Assembly: GCA_964019335.1 (NCBI GenBank)
Contig: OZ025663.1
Location: 558,001 to 622,000, forward strand
DNA length: 64,000 bases
Reading direction: 5' to 3'
DNA from: Diplonema japonicum
Lineage: Eukaryota; Protista; Euglenozoa: Diplonemea
Shown: piece by piece, positions 22,379 to 32,854 of the stretch
Numbering within the stretch: the stretch's first letter is position 1
Layout: each line of letters starts with the position of its first letter
Notes under the pieces: model-generated
The model's database searches: none
The model's input: only the letters and a program-made list of their open reading frames with translations
Told to the model about the DNA's origin: nothing
Program-made: the position numbers and the translations under genes

Positions 22379-23596
22379 ATGGAGGAGGAGAAAGATGGCA
22401 CCGTTCTGTCAACATCGATGAACCTCATCGCGACCATGGTGGGGCTTGCCGTTCTGTCGATGCCAAACGCGGCAGGTGGGTCGGGGATGGTGTTCTTCTG
22501 GGGGACGTTCGTGGTTTGCTTCGTCATGTTCTTCTTCTCCCTGAAGTCGTTTGCCGACGCTGCGAGACCGCACAACTGCGCCAACTACCAGGAAGTTCTC
22601 GAGGTTTACATCGGAAAGAGCTCCAGTTACATCATGCAAGCGGCGTGGTTAATGATGGCGCTCATGGTGGTTGCAAGCTACCTTATTGTGACAGCGGACG
22701 CGTTTCATAAATTCAGTAGTGTCTCGGGTGTGGTGTCGCATTCGGCTCTGTTGGGCATTGCTGCGGGTGTCATGCTGCCGATATCGCTTCCAAAGTCGTT
22801 GCACAGCGTGCGGTTAATTAGTACGTTTTCAAACATTGCGGTTTTGTTGATCTTCGTGGCCATTGTGATCAACTGGGGTACGGGCGACCACAACGGTGAG
22901 AAAGAAAGCGTCTCGTGGGGACCGAACGACACATCGATCACACTTTCGACAGGGCCTTTAGTGGCGGGGGGTTTTGGGTGCCACATCAACGGCATCCGCG
23001 GGTTGTACGAGCTGAAGAACAAAAACGACTTCACCAAAATCATCCTCATCGTGGGTGTTGTTGGAACCGCTTTTTACAGCATTTTCGTCATTGCAGCGCT
23101 CTCCGCGTACGGCAGCGACGTTGATGGGGACATTCAAAAGAATCTACAAGGCGTGCCTGGCGGTATCGCAAGGGTTGCCATGGGCACTGCTACCGTTCTA
23201 AAAGCACCGTTAATTATTCAGCCAACACGTGACATGATCGAGGTCCTGCTCAACGTCCCCAAAGGCATCGGTTACAATGTGCTTTTAACAACCACCTTCA
23301 TAGGCGGTGCACTCGGTTCAGCATATGCTCTTGGTTCGCTTTCCACAGCAATGACTTTGCTCTCTGGGACCAGCGGGGTCACTATCACCTGGATCCTCCC
23401 AGGTGTGGTCTTGTGGTATTACAAAAAGGGAACCGGTTATGCGGCGGCTGGCACTGTCAACGATGACGAGGTACGGGACGAGATTGAACCGGAGACACTC
23501 ATAGGTGATTCGGGCAGATTCACCGCAGTTCTCTTGGTTGCCGGCGGTGCTGTGTTTGTTGGATTAACTTTCGCTTCACAGCTTTACAAGCTATAA
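22379..23596 (+). CDS. Amino acid/auxin permease (Aa_trans) family transporter
   Basis: NLIATMVGLAVLSMP N-terminal motif, about 11 hydrophobic segments, MLPISLPKSLHSVRLIS, FGCHIN. Confidence 0.8.
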   Translation: MEEEKDGTVLSTSMNLIATMVGLAVLSMPNAAGGSGMVFFWGTFVVCFVMFFFSLKSFADAARPHNCANYQEVLEVYIGKSSSYIMQAAWLMMALMVVASYLIVTADAFHKFSSVSGVVSHSALLGIAAGVMLPISLPKSLHSVRLISTFSNIAVLLIFVAIVINWGTGDHNGEKESVSWGPNDTSITLSTGPLVAGGFGCHINGIRGLYELKNKNDFTKIILIVGVVGTAFYSIFVIAALSAYGSDVDGDIQKNLQGVPGGIARVAMGTATVLKAPLIIQPTRDMIEVLLNVPKGIGYNVLLTTTFIGGALGSAYALGSLSTAMTLLSGTSGVTITWILPGVVLWYYKKGTGYAAAGTVNDDEVRDEIEPETLIGDSGRFTAVLLVAGGAVFVGLTFASQLYKL

Positions 23597-24074
23597 AAAG
23601 AGTGGATTGAAAAGAGTGTATTCTTTTGAATGAGAGGGAACTGTGCCGCCTCTCCTTTTTACTTATTATTGTTTACTTTGTTAGGGAATCGTCGTTAGTT
23701 TTCTGTGTCGGGGTTTTGAAAACTAACTCTCTACTGCCTTTTTTTTTCTCTTTCTTTCTTTTTTTTTTTTTTCCTCTTTACGGAAACTTGATTTTCAAGC
23801 TGGGTTCAAAATTTTATCCGCCATGAGGTAAAGGCGGTTCAAGCCTTGCAAGGTTAAGAGCTCTTCAAGGGGAAAACTGTCAAAAGGTAAGCTATGGCTC
23901 GTCTACCTGCCCCCCCCCCCCCCCCCCCCCCCCAATGCCACGGCAGAAGGTTAATGGCCCTTCCTCTAACAAATCGCTAATTCCCCATCCTACTTTTTCT
24001 TCTCGTTTTTTGTTACCCGCAGCTTATTTAACAAAAAGAAAGAGAGGAAAAAAAAAAAAGAAAAGAAAAAGAAA

Positions 24075-25769
24075 ATGGAGCTTGAAACTGAAGTTGTCAT
24101 TGTCAAAGAGCCTTTGGTGTCCCTGAAGGTTATTCGTCACCAACTGACCGCATGTGTCCCTATTCAGTGCCGTTCCTTCCTCACTCACGGTTTGCGCGGT
24201 CTCAATGGCCACCGAGAGATTCTGTTTACCTTCAAGCTCACGGACAAGCAGGTCACGGAGATCGCCACCAAAAAGGATGGTGAGACCTTTGATCCAACGA
24301 AGGATTTCCCTTCCGCCATGATGTCGCTGCTGGAGGGGATCATGAACTATGCCGCAAAGGGGACGCTGGCAAACGGCGGCGACACAACAAGACTCGACCC
24401 TGTGAACGGACCTGGGCTTTTCGGCAACGATGCCTTCAGGGGGGTTTTGTACATACCCTGTGGTATAGATGGATTCCCAACCGATGCTCTGCAGGCACTG
24501 GCGCTTACACGTGAGGAGGTTGCCGCTGTTCAACAAGTTGGGCCTGTTCGTGTGATGGCAGCTCTTGGCCATGCCAACCGCTTTTTCCCATCGACATTGT
24601 GGATAGACGTCGAGCGCTCGTCGCTGGTGAAGGGAACGGAATGGATCGACACATCTATTATAAAGAAGTTTGGATTGCAACCAGGCATCACTTCAAGGCC
24701 ATCTGCGTTTATCTACTTCCAGAGGTCGCTGGGAGAAGATGGAACAACCACTTCCGTTGACAGTGAGCAGACGGGCTTGACGGACTACCATTGGCATACG
24801 TCTGGTTCCGAGCGTGCGTTGTTGATCTACAACGAGGTGTTGCGTGATGCTGTGAATGAGGCCAAAGACGACATTCTTAAAAACGAGGTGGGGAAGTTCT
24901 CGCTGTTCACCTTCCCGACGAACGAGGCGAAGTACATCATAACGCACCCGATCGACCCAGCGAGCCGTAAGCACTCGGAGGTATCGGCGATCATGCACAT
25001 GGATGCTGCGAACAACCAGAACAAAACCATAAGCATGTTGTGCAACTATTTTTCGTTCATGGAGATCGACGACCCTTCGCAGTGGGGTGCACGCCGTGTG
25101 GAGGACGGGTACTTCATATTCGTAAAGTCCCTCGAGAGCGTCTTTACAGCCATCGTCAACGGTGAGAACTTGACTATCGAAAGCAGCAGTAACTTGTACC
25201 CCGCACAGCTGATCTACAACGAAGGCCACGATGGGTTCACCAAGAAGGAAGAGGGCGGTGCTGAAGTGCACAAAGTGGGTAACAACGACGCAGATGCTAT
25301 CAAAATGAGCATTCATTTCCTACAGCCCGATGACGAGGTCAAACTTGTTCTTCCCGGTGAGAGCAGCATTACGGACCTTACTCAGTTTGTGGTAGTCCTC
25401 AGCGATGCCATCAGAGCGATGCAAATGTTTACCGCTCCTGTCGAACCAGAGGAAGCTACCGACACATTGTTCACGAAAGAAGACATCCGCAAGGCCTTCT
25501 CTCCTGATGCAATCATCAGTATGCTTGTAGAGCTTTTCCCAGGCAAAGTTCCCACGCTCGGCATGAAGATCGATGACTCCATCAAGCCCTCTGAAGAGAG
25601 GATCGAGCTGCATAGCCGAATTTGCAGCGCTCTTTTCTCGAACAAGACAGGGCCCAACAGCCTCAGCGACGCTATTTCCAAGGCATCGCAGATCGCACCC
25701 AAGGCCAGGGGGTCCTTCAAGTTAATGATCAACCACACCGTTGATGCCCAGATCTTATACCCAAATTAG
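24075..25769 (+). CDS. Stand-alone SARA/endofin C-terminal-like (DUF3480) protein
   Basis: SFLTHGL...HREILF, RVMAALGHANRFFPSTLW...RSSL and ARRVEDG resemble SARA-C motifs (F.T.GM...GQ.EI, RLG..Y..YP.P, SIVEDG). No FYVE finger is present. Confidence 0.6.
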   Translation: MELETEVVIVKEPLVSLKVIRHQLTACVPIQCRSFLTHGLRGLNGHREILFTFKLTDKQVTEIATKKDGETFDPTKDFPSAMMSLLEGIMNYAAKGTLANGGDTTRLDPVNGPGLFGNDAFRGVLYIPCGIDGFPTDALQALALTREEVAAVQQVGPVRVMAALGHANRFFPSTLWIDVERSSLVKGTEWIDTSIIKKFGLQPGITSRPSAFIYFQRSLGEDGTTTSVDSEQTGLTDYHWHTSGSERALLIYNEVLRDAVNEAKDDILKNEVGKFSLFTFPTNEAKYIITHPIDPASRKHSEVSAIMHMDAANNQNKTISMLCNYFSFMEIDDPSQWGARRVEDGYFIFVKSLESVFTAIVNGENLTIESSSNLYPAQLIYNEGHDGFTKKEEGGAEVHKVGNNDADAIKMSIHFLQPDDEVKLVLPGESSITDLTQFVVVLSDAIRAMQMFTAPVEPEEATDTLFTKEDIRKAFSPDAIISMLVELFPGKVPTLGMKIDDSIKPSEERIELHSRICSALFSNKTGPNSLSDAISKASQIAPKARGSFKLMINHTVDAQILYPN

Positions 25770-25794
25770 TGGGTTGGGAAAAAAAAAAAAAAAG

Positions 25795-25833
<39 letters not shown>

Positions 25834-26016
25834 AAAAGGAAAAGTGATTTTTCTCCCCCCCCCCCCGCTCTGTCAGTTAGTGCTCTTCGATTTCTCATCC
25901 TCTTCTCTTTTTTAACGTTCTGCTGTAAAACGAAAGATTTTCGTCGATGAAAAAAGTAACGAAAATAATTCAAAGGGGAAAAAAAAAAAAAGGCAAATGA
26001 AAACTATTTCTTGACG

Positions 26017-26053
<37 letters not shown>

Positions 26054-26710
26054 CTTTTGCATTGGTGCCGGCTTAACAGCTTCATTAGGACTAGGCCTGC
26101 GAAAAATCAATAACTTTCGTCAAAGAAGTGACGGGGAACGGGGGAAAAAAAAAGACGAAAACTACTTTTTACGACGATTTTTTATTTCGTTTTGCAGTAT
26201 TTTATTTCCCCCCCTACTAACGTTCACACACAAATAAATTTGATTTCTGTTGTTTAATTCCCTTTTTTTTTGTTCTTTGATGAGCTCCCCCGCGGTTGGT
26301 TCGTTCTTCAAGGAATTTTCTTCTCTCTTCTACCCTTCCTTTCCCTAGCCATTCTTCGTCTTATCCCCCCAGGGTTCAAGTCATCGTTTTCTTTCCTTTT
26401 TGTTTTTTCCACCGCCTTCAACCACCAACTTTTTTTCCACCGTCCACGTAGCCACAACTTTCTTTCCACCGTCAACTGGTTACGTGGACATTGTTTTCTC
26501 TTTTTTCTTTTTTTTTTTTCCAGGCGTCCTGCCACACCGCAGGTACCCTTAAATGCCCCTTTTTTTTTGCAGTGGACCCGGGGGAGGGCTACTAAAACAT
26601 GAGAGGAAGAAATGGGGGAAATTTAGACAGTTAATTTTGCTTTCTTTTCTTCAAGAAACAACGTGTTTCATTCGCCATCTCTCAATTCTTTGACGCCAAA
26701 TCTTCCGTAA

Positions 26711-26781
26711 GCGTAAATGGTCTAGTGGTAGAATGGCTCCCTGCCACGGAGTCGGCCCGGGTTCGATTCCCGGTTTACGCA
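26711..26781 (+). tRNA. tRNA-Gly (GCC)
   Basis: Acceptor GCGTAAA/TTTACGC, D arm TGGTCTAGTGGTAGAA, anticodon arm GCTCC-CTGCCAC-GGAGT, T arm CCGGG-TTCGATT-CCCGG, followed by a T6 Pol III terminator. Confidence 0.96.
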
Positions 26782-26813
26782 TTTTTTATACAGGGTTTTT
26801 TACAGAGGCTTAA

Positions 26814-27932
26814 ATGGCTATTGGGGCAATCACATGCCAAGCGTCGATCATCGATCCCCATGAGGTAGATATGAAGCTGTTCGATCGATTTGTGACAGGA
26901 GAGACAGTGGACGAGGTGACAAAACAACTCCTCAGGGGGCAAAACGAGGTGGACCATCTTGTGAGAGAGCACGTAAACGACAGCTACAGGGTGTTCAATT
27001 ATCTGTTGCATTATTTGCAGAGACCGTACCTCTTTATCAGATCATGCCCTGTTCCACTTCAGCAGGATATCAGGCACAAACTGATAACAAGGTACTTCTA
27101 CCTGGACCCAGCCGTGGCCAGAGAGCTATACGGGAAAAAAATAAAAGAGCTCCGGGTGAGAAATGTAAGGGAACGCTACCAAGTTGAGAATGTAAAACTG
27201 GTATACAAGCAATTTATGAAGGAGAGGGATAGCAATGAGGGGGATGTGGAAGAACAGTTGATAGCGGGATTGATGACACATTTTGAACTGCCTAGGGACT
27301 TGGCGACGTCGTATGCTGTGGTGTGCTTTAGCTGCAAGTGGGCGCTGACAATAAACAAGCCGAGGAGTAAAACAGTACAGCTTTCATGGAGTGACTTGTC
27401 AAAAGTGACTGAGGAGATGTTGCTGTCATGGTGTGGCGGGTTGTCAGGGTGCAACATCATGCCTGACTTCACTACTACACTGAAACTTGTTAAGTCAGTA
27501 CTCAAGGACACCACTCTTGACGGTTACTGCAACGAAATAATAGGCCGCATGTCGCCCGCATCTGCAGTGTCGCAGAAGACGTCCAAGGTCGTTAAAACTA
27601 GCATTCAGCACATTTTGTCCTTCGGGGCGTCTTTGTCTACAAAGCTTCCTTCTCTGTTCGTTATTTGCGAACAGCTCCTTGAAGATACACAAAACGGCAT
27701 GCAAGGTATTCCTTCCGGCAGCTCCGCACTCCTCCAGTCTATGCTTTTGGTCGATCTCCATTCCGAAAAGGCGTCCTCCCCTTCTACCAAAAAATTCAAA
27801 ACGATACCCTCCGCAGCTTCTACACACTGGAAGGCATACCTCCAAGTCCTCCTTAGCGTGTCTCAGCACCTTGCGGGGACTGAACGGCAGTTTAGAAGCT
27901 CTGTGGCTACCCACGCTGACCCTATGATGTGA
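26814..27932 (+). CDS. FIBP: FIBP (acidic FGF intracellular binding protein) homolog
   Basis: DSYRVFNYLLHYLQRP..., KLITRYFYLDPAVARELYGKKI and YQVENVKLVYK...F.LP.DLA..YA...F match the FIBP family pattern. Confidence 0.75.
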   Translation: MAIGAITCQASIIDPHEVDMKLFDRFVTGETVDEVTKQLLRGQNEVDHLVREHVNDSYRVFNYLLHYLQRPYLFIRSCPVPLQQDIRHKLITRYFYLDPAVARELYGKKIKELRVRNVRERYQVENVKLVYKQFMKERDSNEGDVEEQLIAGLMTHFELPRDLATSYAVVCFSCKWALTINKPRSKTVQLSWSDLSKVTEEMLLSWCGGLSGCNIMPDFTTTLKLVKSVLKDTTLDGYCNEIIGRMSPASAVSQKTSKVVKTSIQHILSFGASLSTKLPSLFVICEQLLEDTQNGMQGIPSGSSALLQSMLLVDLHSEKASSPSTKKFKTIPSAASTHWKAYLQVLLSVSQHLAGTERQFRSSVATHADPMM

Positions 27933-27982
27933 CATATACTTTCCCCGTCCCCTGTCTTAACAGCACATAGGTTACACGCCTC

Positions 27983-28981
27983 ATGAGCAGCCCATCCATC
28001 TCGGTCGTTAGCCAGGCAAAACCGGACGGCATCGCGACCAACGTGTCCACAGGGCTTTTGAACTGTGGCGTCGTCTGCTGTGTTGAAGATGGTGAAAAGA
28101 AAAGAGCCAGCATATGGGCATATCCCCAACTGGTTCAGGTAGGGGTGATCGAGGGTGAAGGTATCCTGAAAGTAGTAGCCGGAGAGAATGTTCTTGTCCT
28201 ATGGGACACGGGAGAGGTAGGAGTGCACAGCTACACGGGTGAAGAAAAAAAAAGGATCCCCCTTGCTCACGGGGGACAAAGTGCAGGGTGCCTTACATTC
28301 ACAACATCTGGGGGAGGCATCATTGCGGGGATAGGAAAGTCATTGGAGGCTGTTGACTTGGTGTCAGACCTCAGGACACCTTTTGCGCTGCCGTGCCCTA
28401 TGGCGTGTAGTGATTCGATTTTGCGAGGTGACGTCTTCAGGTGCTGCGTATGTTGTGAAGATGGGACTGCGCTGCTGGTGAACCAGTCGGTTGTGTTTTC
28501 GAAGTGCGAAATTGGAGTTCGCAAGCCTGTTGGGTGCGCTATAACTTCGAGACTGGTTGCTGTGACTGATGCCACGAACGTGCATGTCCTGACGATTGAC
28601 AATGAGCATCTGCAGCCTTCGTGGCAAATTGACTGCACGGCAAGGTCCCTTTCTTTTTCCTCCGACAGTGCTGTTCTTTGCTGCGCCACAGAGGGCTTTC
28701 TGATGCTATACCGCTCAAGGTATGAGGCTCAAACCCCCTTTGCTACTCATAAGACGAAATCACCCGTCACATCACTGTCTTTTACCCCTCTACTACCTCA
28801 TGCACAAGGTTACCTTCTTAAAGACCCTGACTACCGCAATTCCATCCTCTACTCAACGCCCACTGCACTCACCCTTGTCGAGTTGTGTGACCCAAACCAC
28901 ATTACATGGTCCCGTTCGGTTCTCTTTTACTTGGCTTTGCTCTTTTTGGGTGCTGCTGTTCTCGTTTGCATACTGCCGTGA
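27983..28981 (+). CDS. Divergent beta-propeller (WD40-like) protein with C-terminal transmembrane anchor
   Basis: Beta-rich repeats (ARSLSFSSDSAVLCC, SPVTSLSFTP) and a terminal hydrophobic helix VLFYLALLFLGAAVLVCILP. Confidence 0.55.
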   Translation: MSSPSISVVSQAKPDGIATNVSTGLLNCGVVCCVEDGEKKRASIWAYPQLVQVGVIEGEGILKVVAGENVLVLWDTGEVGVHSYTGEEKKRIPLAHGGQSAGCLTFTTSGGGIIAGIGKSLEAVDLVSDLRTPFALPCPMACSDSILRGDVFRCCVCCEDGTALLVNQSVVFSKCEIGVRKPVGCAITSRLVAVTDATNVHVLTIDNEHLQPSWQIDCTARSLSFSSDSAVLCCATEGFLMLYRSRYEAQTPFATHKTKSPVTSLSFTPLLPHAQGYLLKDPDYRNSILYSTPTALTLVELCDPNHITWSRSVLFYLALLFLGAAVLVCILP

Positions 28982-29048
28982 GGCACTTAATAAGTATATT
29001 ATCTCTTTTGAGCTGCACAGTAAACAACCACCGCCCAGTGCCACTAAA

Positions 29049-29579
29049 ATGGAATCGCCAAGTTTTGCGAGGATCCCGAAGGGGAACACCAACCGTATCG
29101 TAGGAATGATACACGAGGGGATGAGCCTGGAAGAAAAAAAGGCGTTTGGGGAACAGATGCTTGCTTTTAGAAGTGAGGAGGTGAGGGAGGTGGATGGAAA
29201 AGTCATGCATTTTAAAAGGCATCGTGGAGATGTTGTTCCAAGCGGGCTGAAGCAACAGGTGCAGGACTTAAGAGAGCAGGTCGAGAGGGAGCTGAAGTGT
29301 TTTTCCCACCCACAGCTGCAGGAACTGAGGGAAAGCTGGGATGTGTTGCATCAAAGCTTAACCTCGCTATCGGTGCCTTCCTCTTCTCCGAAACGTGTCG
29401 ACTCTTCTGACCAGCGTGCCTATACGAAAAGCGACTTCCTAGCACACTATGGACACGAACGTGGCACGGCTCTGTGGGAGGATGCAGAGACATGCCAGCG
29501 ATGCCCCATTTGTCACAAAAACTATCTTTCGAGAAAAATGGCGCGGCACATTGAACAGTGCGGCCCGCCTGCTCCGTGA
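29049..29579 (+). CDS. Small hypothetical protein with an RVD..D..AYTK..F..HYG...W module and a C-terminal C2HC zinc finger
   Basis: ATG at 29049. Motifs RVDSSDQRAYTKSDFLAHYGHERGTALWEDA and CPICHKNYLSRKMARHIEQC. Confidence 0.6.
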   Translation: MESPSFARIPKGNTNRIVGMIHEGMSLEEKKAFGEQMLAFRSEEVREVDGKVMHFKRHRGDVVPSGLKQQVQDLREQVERELKCFSHPQLQELRESWDVLHQSLTSLSVPSSSPKRVDSSDQRAYTKSDFLAHYGHERGTALWEDAETCQRCPICHKNYLSRKMARHIEQCGPPAP

Positions 29580-29710
29580 TGCTTCGAACGATGTACAGTA
29601 CCTCCCCCCCTTTTTTCTCTTGTGTTAATCTAGATTTAAAATTTTTGTTTTGTTACAACATCCCCCCCCCTACTTTTTTTCTGCCTTATTCATCCCACCT
29701 AAGGAGGGCA

Positions 29711-31222
29711 ATGCCCAACGCTGATACAAGACGATGTGTCGTCTGTGAAGCATCGCGGTTTATAGGTTCGCAGTTCTGCGTTGCGCATAAATGCCGCAGG
29801 CGGTGTATCCAGAGACGTCTGGGGACGTCGGAGTACTGCGTGCAACACAAATGTAAGCTGTGCGACGGTGTGTCGGTGGATGGTAGCGAGTATTGCTTGG
29901 CGCATAAATGCAAGGAAGAATGCCTGGAGGCACGGGTGCCGCCGAGCGAATATTGTTGCAGCCACAAGTGCAGCGTGTGCTCTGCTCAGCGGCAGCGGTC
30001 CAGCTTCTGCTCCGCACACAAATGCACAAAAGCCGAATGCGTGAACGAACGGTTAGAAATGTCACAATTCTGCAAAGCACATTTAGTCCCCAACACAGAC
30101 ACGGCAGCGGCCATTCGACTCGGGAAGTACGATGTTAAGAAAGTACTAGGATCCGGTTCGTTCTCACAGGTGAGGGTGGGGCTTATCCCTAACAATCCAA
30201 CGAAGTACGCAGTCAAGGTGGTGTCGAACCAAGCATTGCACGAGATGCAATGCGAGGATTTACTCTGCAACGAGATCTCGATCCTGCAGCACCTGGACCA
30301 CCCGAACGTGGTGGGGCTGCGGGATGTGTTCAGGACTACACGGTCAGTGTGCCTGATCATGGACTTCCTGACCGGCGGCGAGCTGTTCGAGTTGATATCA
30401 GAACACCACAAGCTCCCAGAAGACCTCGCTCTGCGGTACTACAAGGACCTCCTGACAGGGCTTTGCTACCTGCATTCAATATCAGTGGCGCATCGTGATT
30501 TGAAGCCAGAAAATCTTCTTCTGCAGGAAGGCGTCCTTAAAATTGCTGATTTCGGGTTCGCGGCGTATCAAAAGGAAGGTGCGCTTTTGCAAGAAGCGTT
30601 AGGCACCCCGGAGTACCAGGCTCCGGAAGTGGTGCCTGGGAAGCCATATTGTGGGTTTTCGGCGGACGTGTGGAGTTGTGGAGTTGTGCTGTATACAATG
30701 TTGGTGGGAATGCTGCCTTTCGATGGCCATGGTGATGATACGCTGTTGAGGCAAGCCATCAATGATGGTTTGCACATACCTGACTGGGTGTCGGCTGCTG
30801 CAGCAGAGGTCTTGTACCTTCTGATCAACCCTGTTGCGAATGAACGGCCGTCGGTGCATTACCTGCTCACCACAAAGACGCTGTGTACTTTTGTGGAAGA
30901 CCCCTCGCCTGCTGTTCACGCGAAGCATCAAAACACTGATGGTATTACGTTTTCTACGTTGCGGAATCTGAACGCGCTCCCCCTCCTTTCGTCGGAGAAC
31001 GAATCCTATTTGTACTCAGAAATGAAACCATGGTCGTTGTCAGGGTTCTTGGAGGAGGCTGCTGGGTTCATCGGGAACCTTGGGATGACTGCACCGGTTG
31101 CACCATCTAAGCCGGTATGTTTTTTTTTGGGGAGGGGAAGAGAAAAAAAAAGAAAAAAAAAAAAAAAGGTTCCGCAACGTCCACTTGTCCGCCCCCAAAA
31201 CAGATGGCGGCGCGGGAGGTAA
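29711..31222 (+). CDS. CAMK/SNF1-like Ser/Thr kinase with six N-terminal Cys/His repeats (3' end uncertain; probable intron from 31115)
   Basis: GSGSFS, YAVK, HRDLKPEN, DFG, GTPEYQAPE, DVWSCGV. N-terminal C-x2-4-C...S-x-[YF]-C-x2-H repeats. GTATGT donor at 31115 precedes homopolymer sequence. Confidence 0.88.
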   Translation: MPNADTRRCVVCEASRFIGSQFCVAHKCRRRCIQRRLGTSEYCVQHKCKLCDGVSVDGSEYCLAHKCKEECLEARVPPSEYCCSHKCSVCSAQRQRSSFCSAHKCTKAECVNERLEMSQFCKAHLVPNTDTAAAIRLGKYDVKKVLGSGSFSQVRVGLIPNNPTKYAVKVVSNQALHEMQCEDLLCNEISILQHLDHPNVVGLRDVFRTTRSVCLIMDFLTGGELFELISEHHKLPEDLALRYYKDLLTGLCYLHSISVAHRDLKPENLLLQEGVLKIADFGFAAYQKEGALLQEALGTPEYQAPEVVPGKPYCGFSADVWSCGVVLYTMLVGMLPFDGHGDDTLLRQAINDGLHIPDWVSAAAAEVLYLLINPVANERPSVHYLLTTKTLCTFVEDPSPAVHAKHQNTDGITFSTLRNLNALPLLSSENESYLYSEMKPWSLSGFLEEAAGFIGNLGMTAPVAPSKPVCFFLGRGREKKRKKKKKVPQRPLVRPQNRWRRGR

Positions 31223-31230
31223 AAAAAAGC

Positions 31231-31267
<37 letters not shown>

Positions 31268-31689
31268 GCGATCCTGTCACATACTGCAGGTTCCCTTCAA
31301 AGACACCTTTTTTTTTTTTGCAAGAACGAGTCTTTGACTTGTCTATACAAAAGGGGAACGTTGGCAACGTGTTTCGGGTTGACAAACTTCTCCAGGTTTT
31401 ACCCGGCACGTACAAACAACGGCCAGTTCCTCTTTTTTTTTTTGCCCCATAGTATTTTTTTTTATTTTTATCATGAGTATTTGTGTGTTTTTCTTTTTTT
31501 CTTTTTTTGTTTCTTCTTCTTTTTTTTTTCTTCTTTTTTTTTTTTTTGTTCTCGTTCTCATTTTTCTTTTTATCGTCTAGTACATCCCTACCATTTTATG
31601 GTCCTTACTCCAGGCTCTCAAAGCCAGCGAAGTCCCAGGTATACTTCCCTTTTTTCTTCTTCTTTCTTTCCTTCCTCCAAGAATACGGC

Positions 31690-31731
<42 letters not shown>

Positions 31732-32398
31732 AAAAAAGCAGCAAAAAAGATTCTTCTTCTCCCCATTCTTACTTAGTACTCCAGAACCTTATTCTATTTT
31801 TTTTTTCTTTGTGAAGAAGGTAAGTGCTGTGAAACACTAATGGTAGCGATGAGAATTTCTAACACTCGGCACGAGGGTGGCAGAACAAAAGCGGTTTAAA
31901 AGGAAGGAAGGGGAAGGGGTGGAGGTCTTGAAAAAAAGCATGTCTTCCTCCTTTTTATGAGCAACGGCCTCCCCGGCTTATTTTGCCGGCAAAACGCTTC
32001 GTGTTCACCCTTCCCCCCACCTTCTTCTCCCTTGTTCCACCTTTGGGTTAGAAAGAAAAAGGAGGAATAGCAAAGAAAAAGACCCCAACTGGAAAGATAA
32101 AGGGATTGGATCACTTTTATCACGTTCTCTCTTTCTTTCTCTTCATTAGTTTCATTTTTAGAGGGGGGAACAAAAAAGAAAAAGAATTTTGACATAGCGG
32201 CGCAAAAAGAAAGAAGACCCTTTTCTCCCCCCCCCCCCCCCCCCCTCGAATTTCGAATGCCTCGGGCACCTCTCTACCCAGCTTCCCCTATATTTAGCAA
32301 TATCGTAGTCAGTCATTCGAGGCAATGGCGTCATCCTTCGGTTCTGGGGAAGAGGGCAATAGGCAGCCATGGGGATTAGTACCTTTATCTATTTTCTT

Positions 32399-32432
<34 letters not shown>

Positions 32433-32597
32433 CATCCGCTTTCTTCTCAACCAGCAACATTGGTTTTCGGCTAGCTACGCTCTTTTTCTTCTTTTCCTTT
32501 GGCACACCCTCCCCTCTCTCTGTCTTCCCCTCCCTTCTTTTTTTCTTCGCACGTCGGTATAAAAGAGAGAAAATAAAAGATTAGATTAGAGGGAGAA

Positions 32598-32661
<64 letters not shown>

Positions 32662-32854
32662 GATAGATTTTTTTTTGTTTGAAAAGTGAGAACGAAAGAA
32701 GGAAAAAAAAAGAAGAAGAAAAAAAAAAAACACGCAACTTTCATTAAAAGTCTTGATTTTTTTTTTTCTCTTTTTCCGTCGGCTCATTTTACAAAAAGAA
32801 TAAAAATAAAAAAAAGAATAAAAAGGTCGGGCCACAGCGAAGGAGGAACATGGG

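Noticed and set aside
31223-32854. Many short poly-Phe/poly-Lys ORFs here and in other spacers
   Set aside because: They are translations of poly-T and poly-A tracts.
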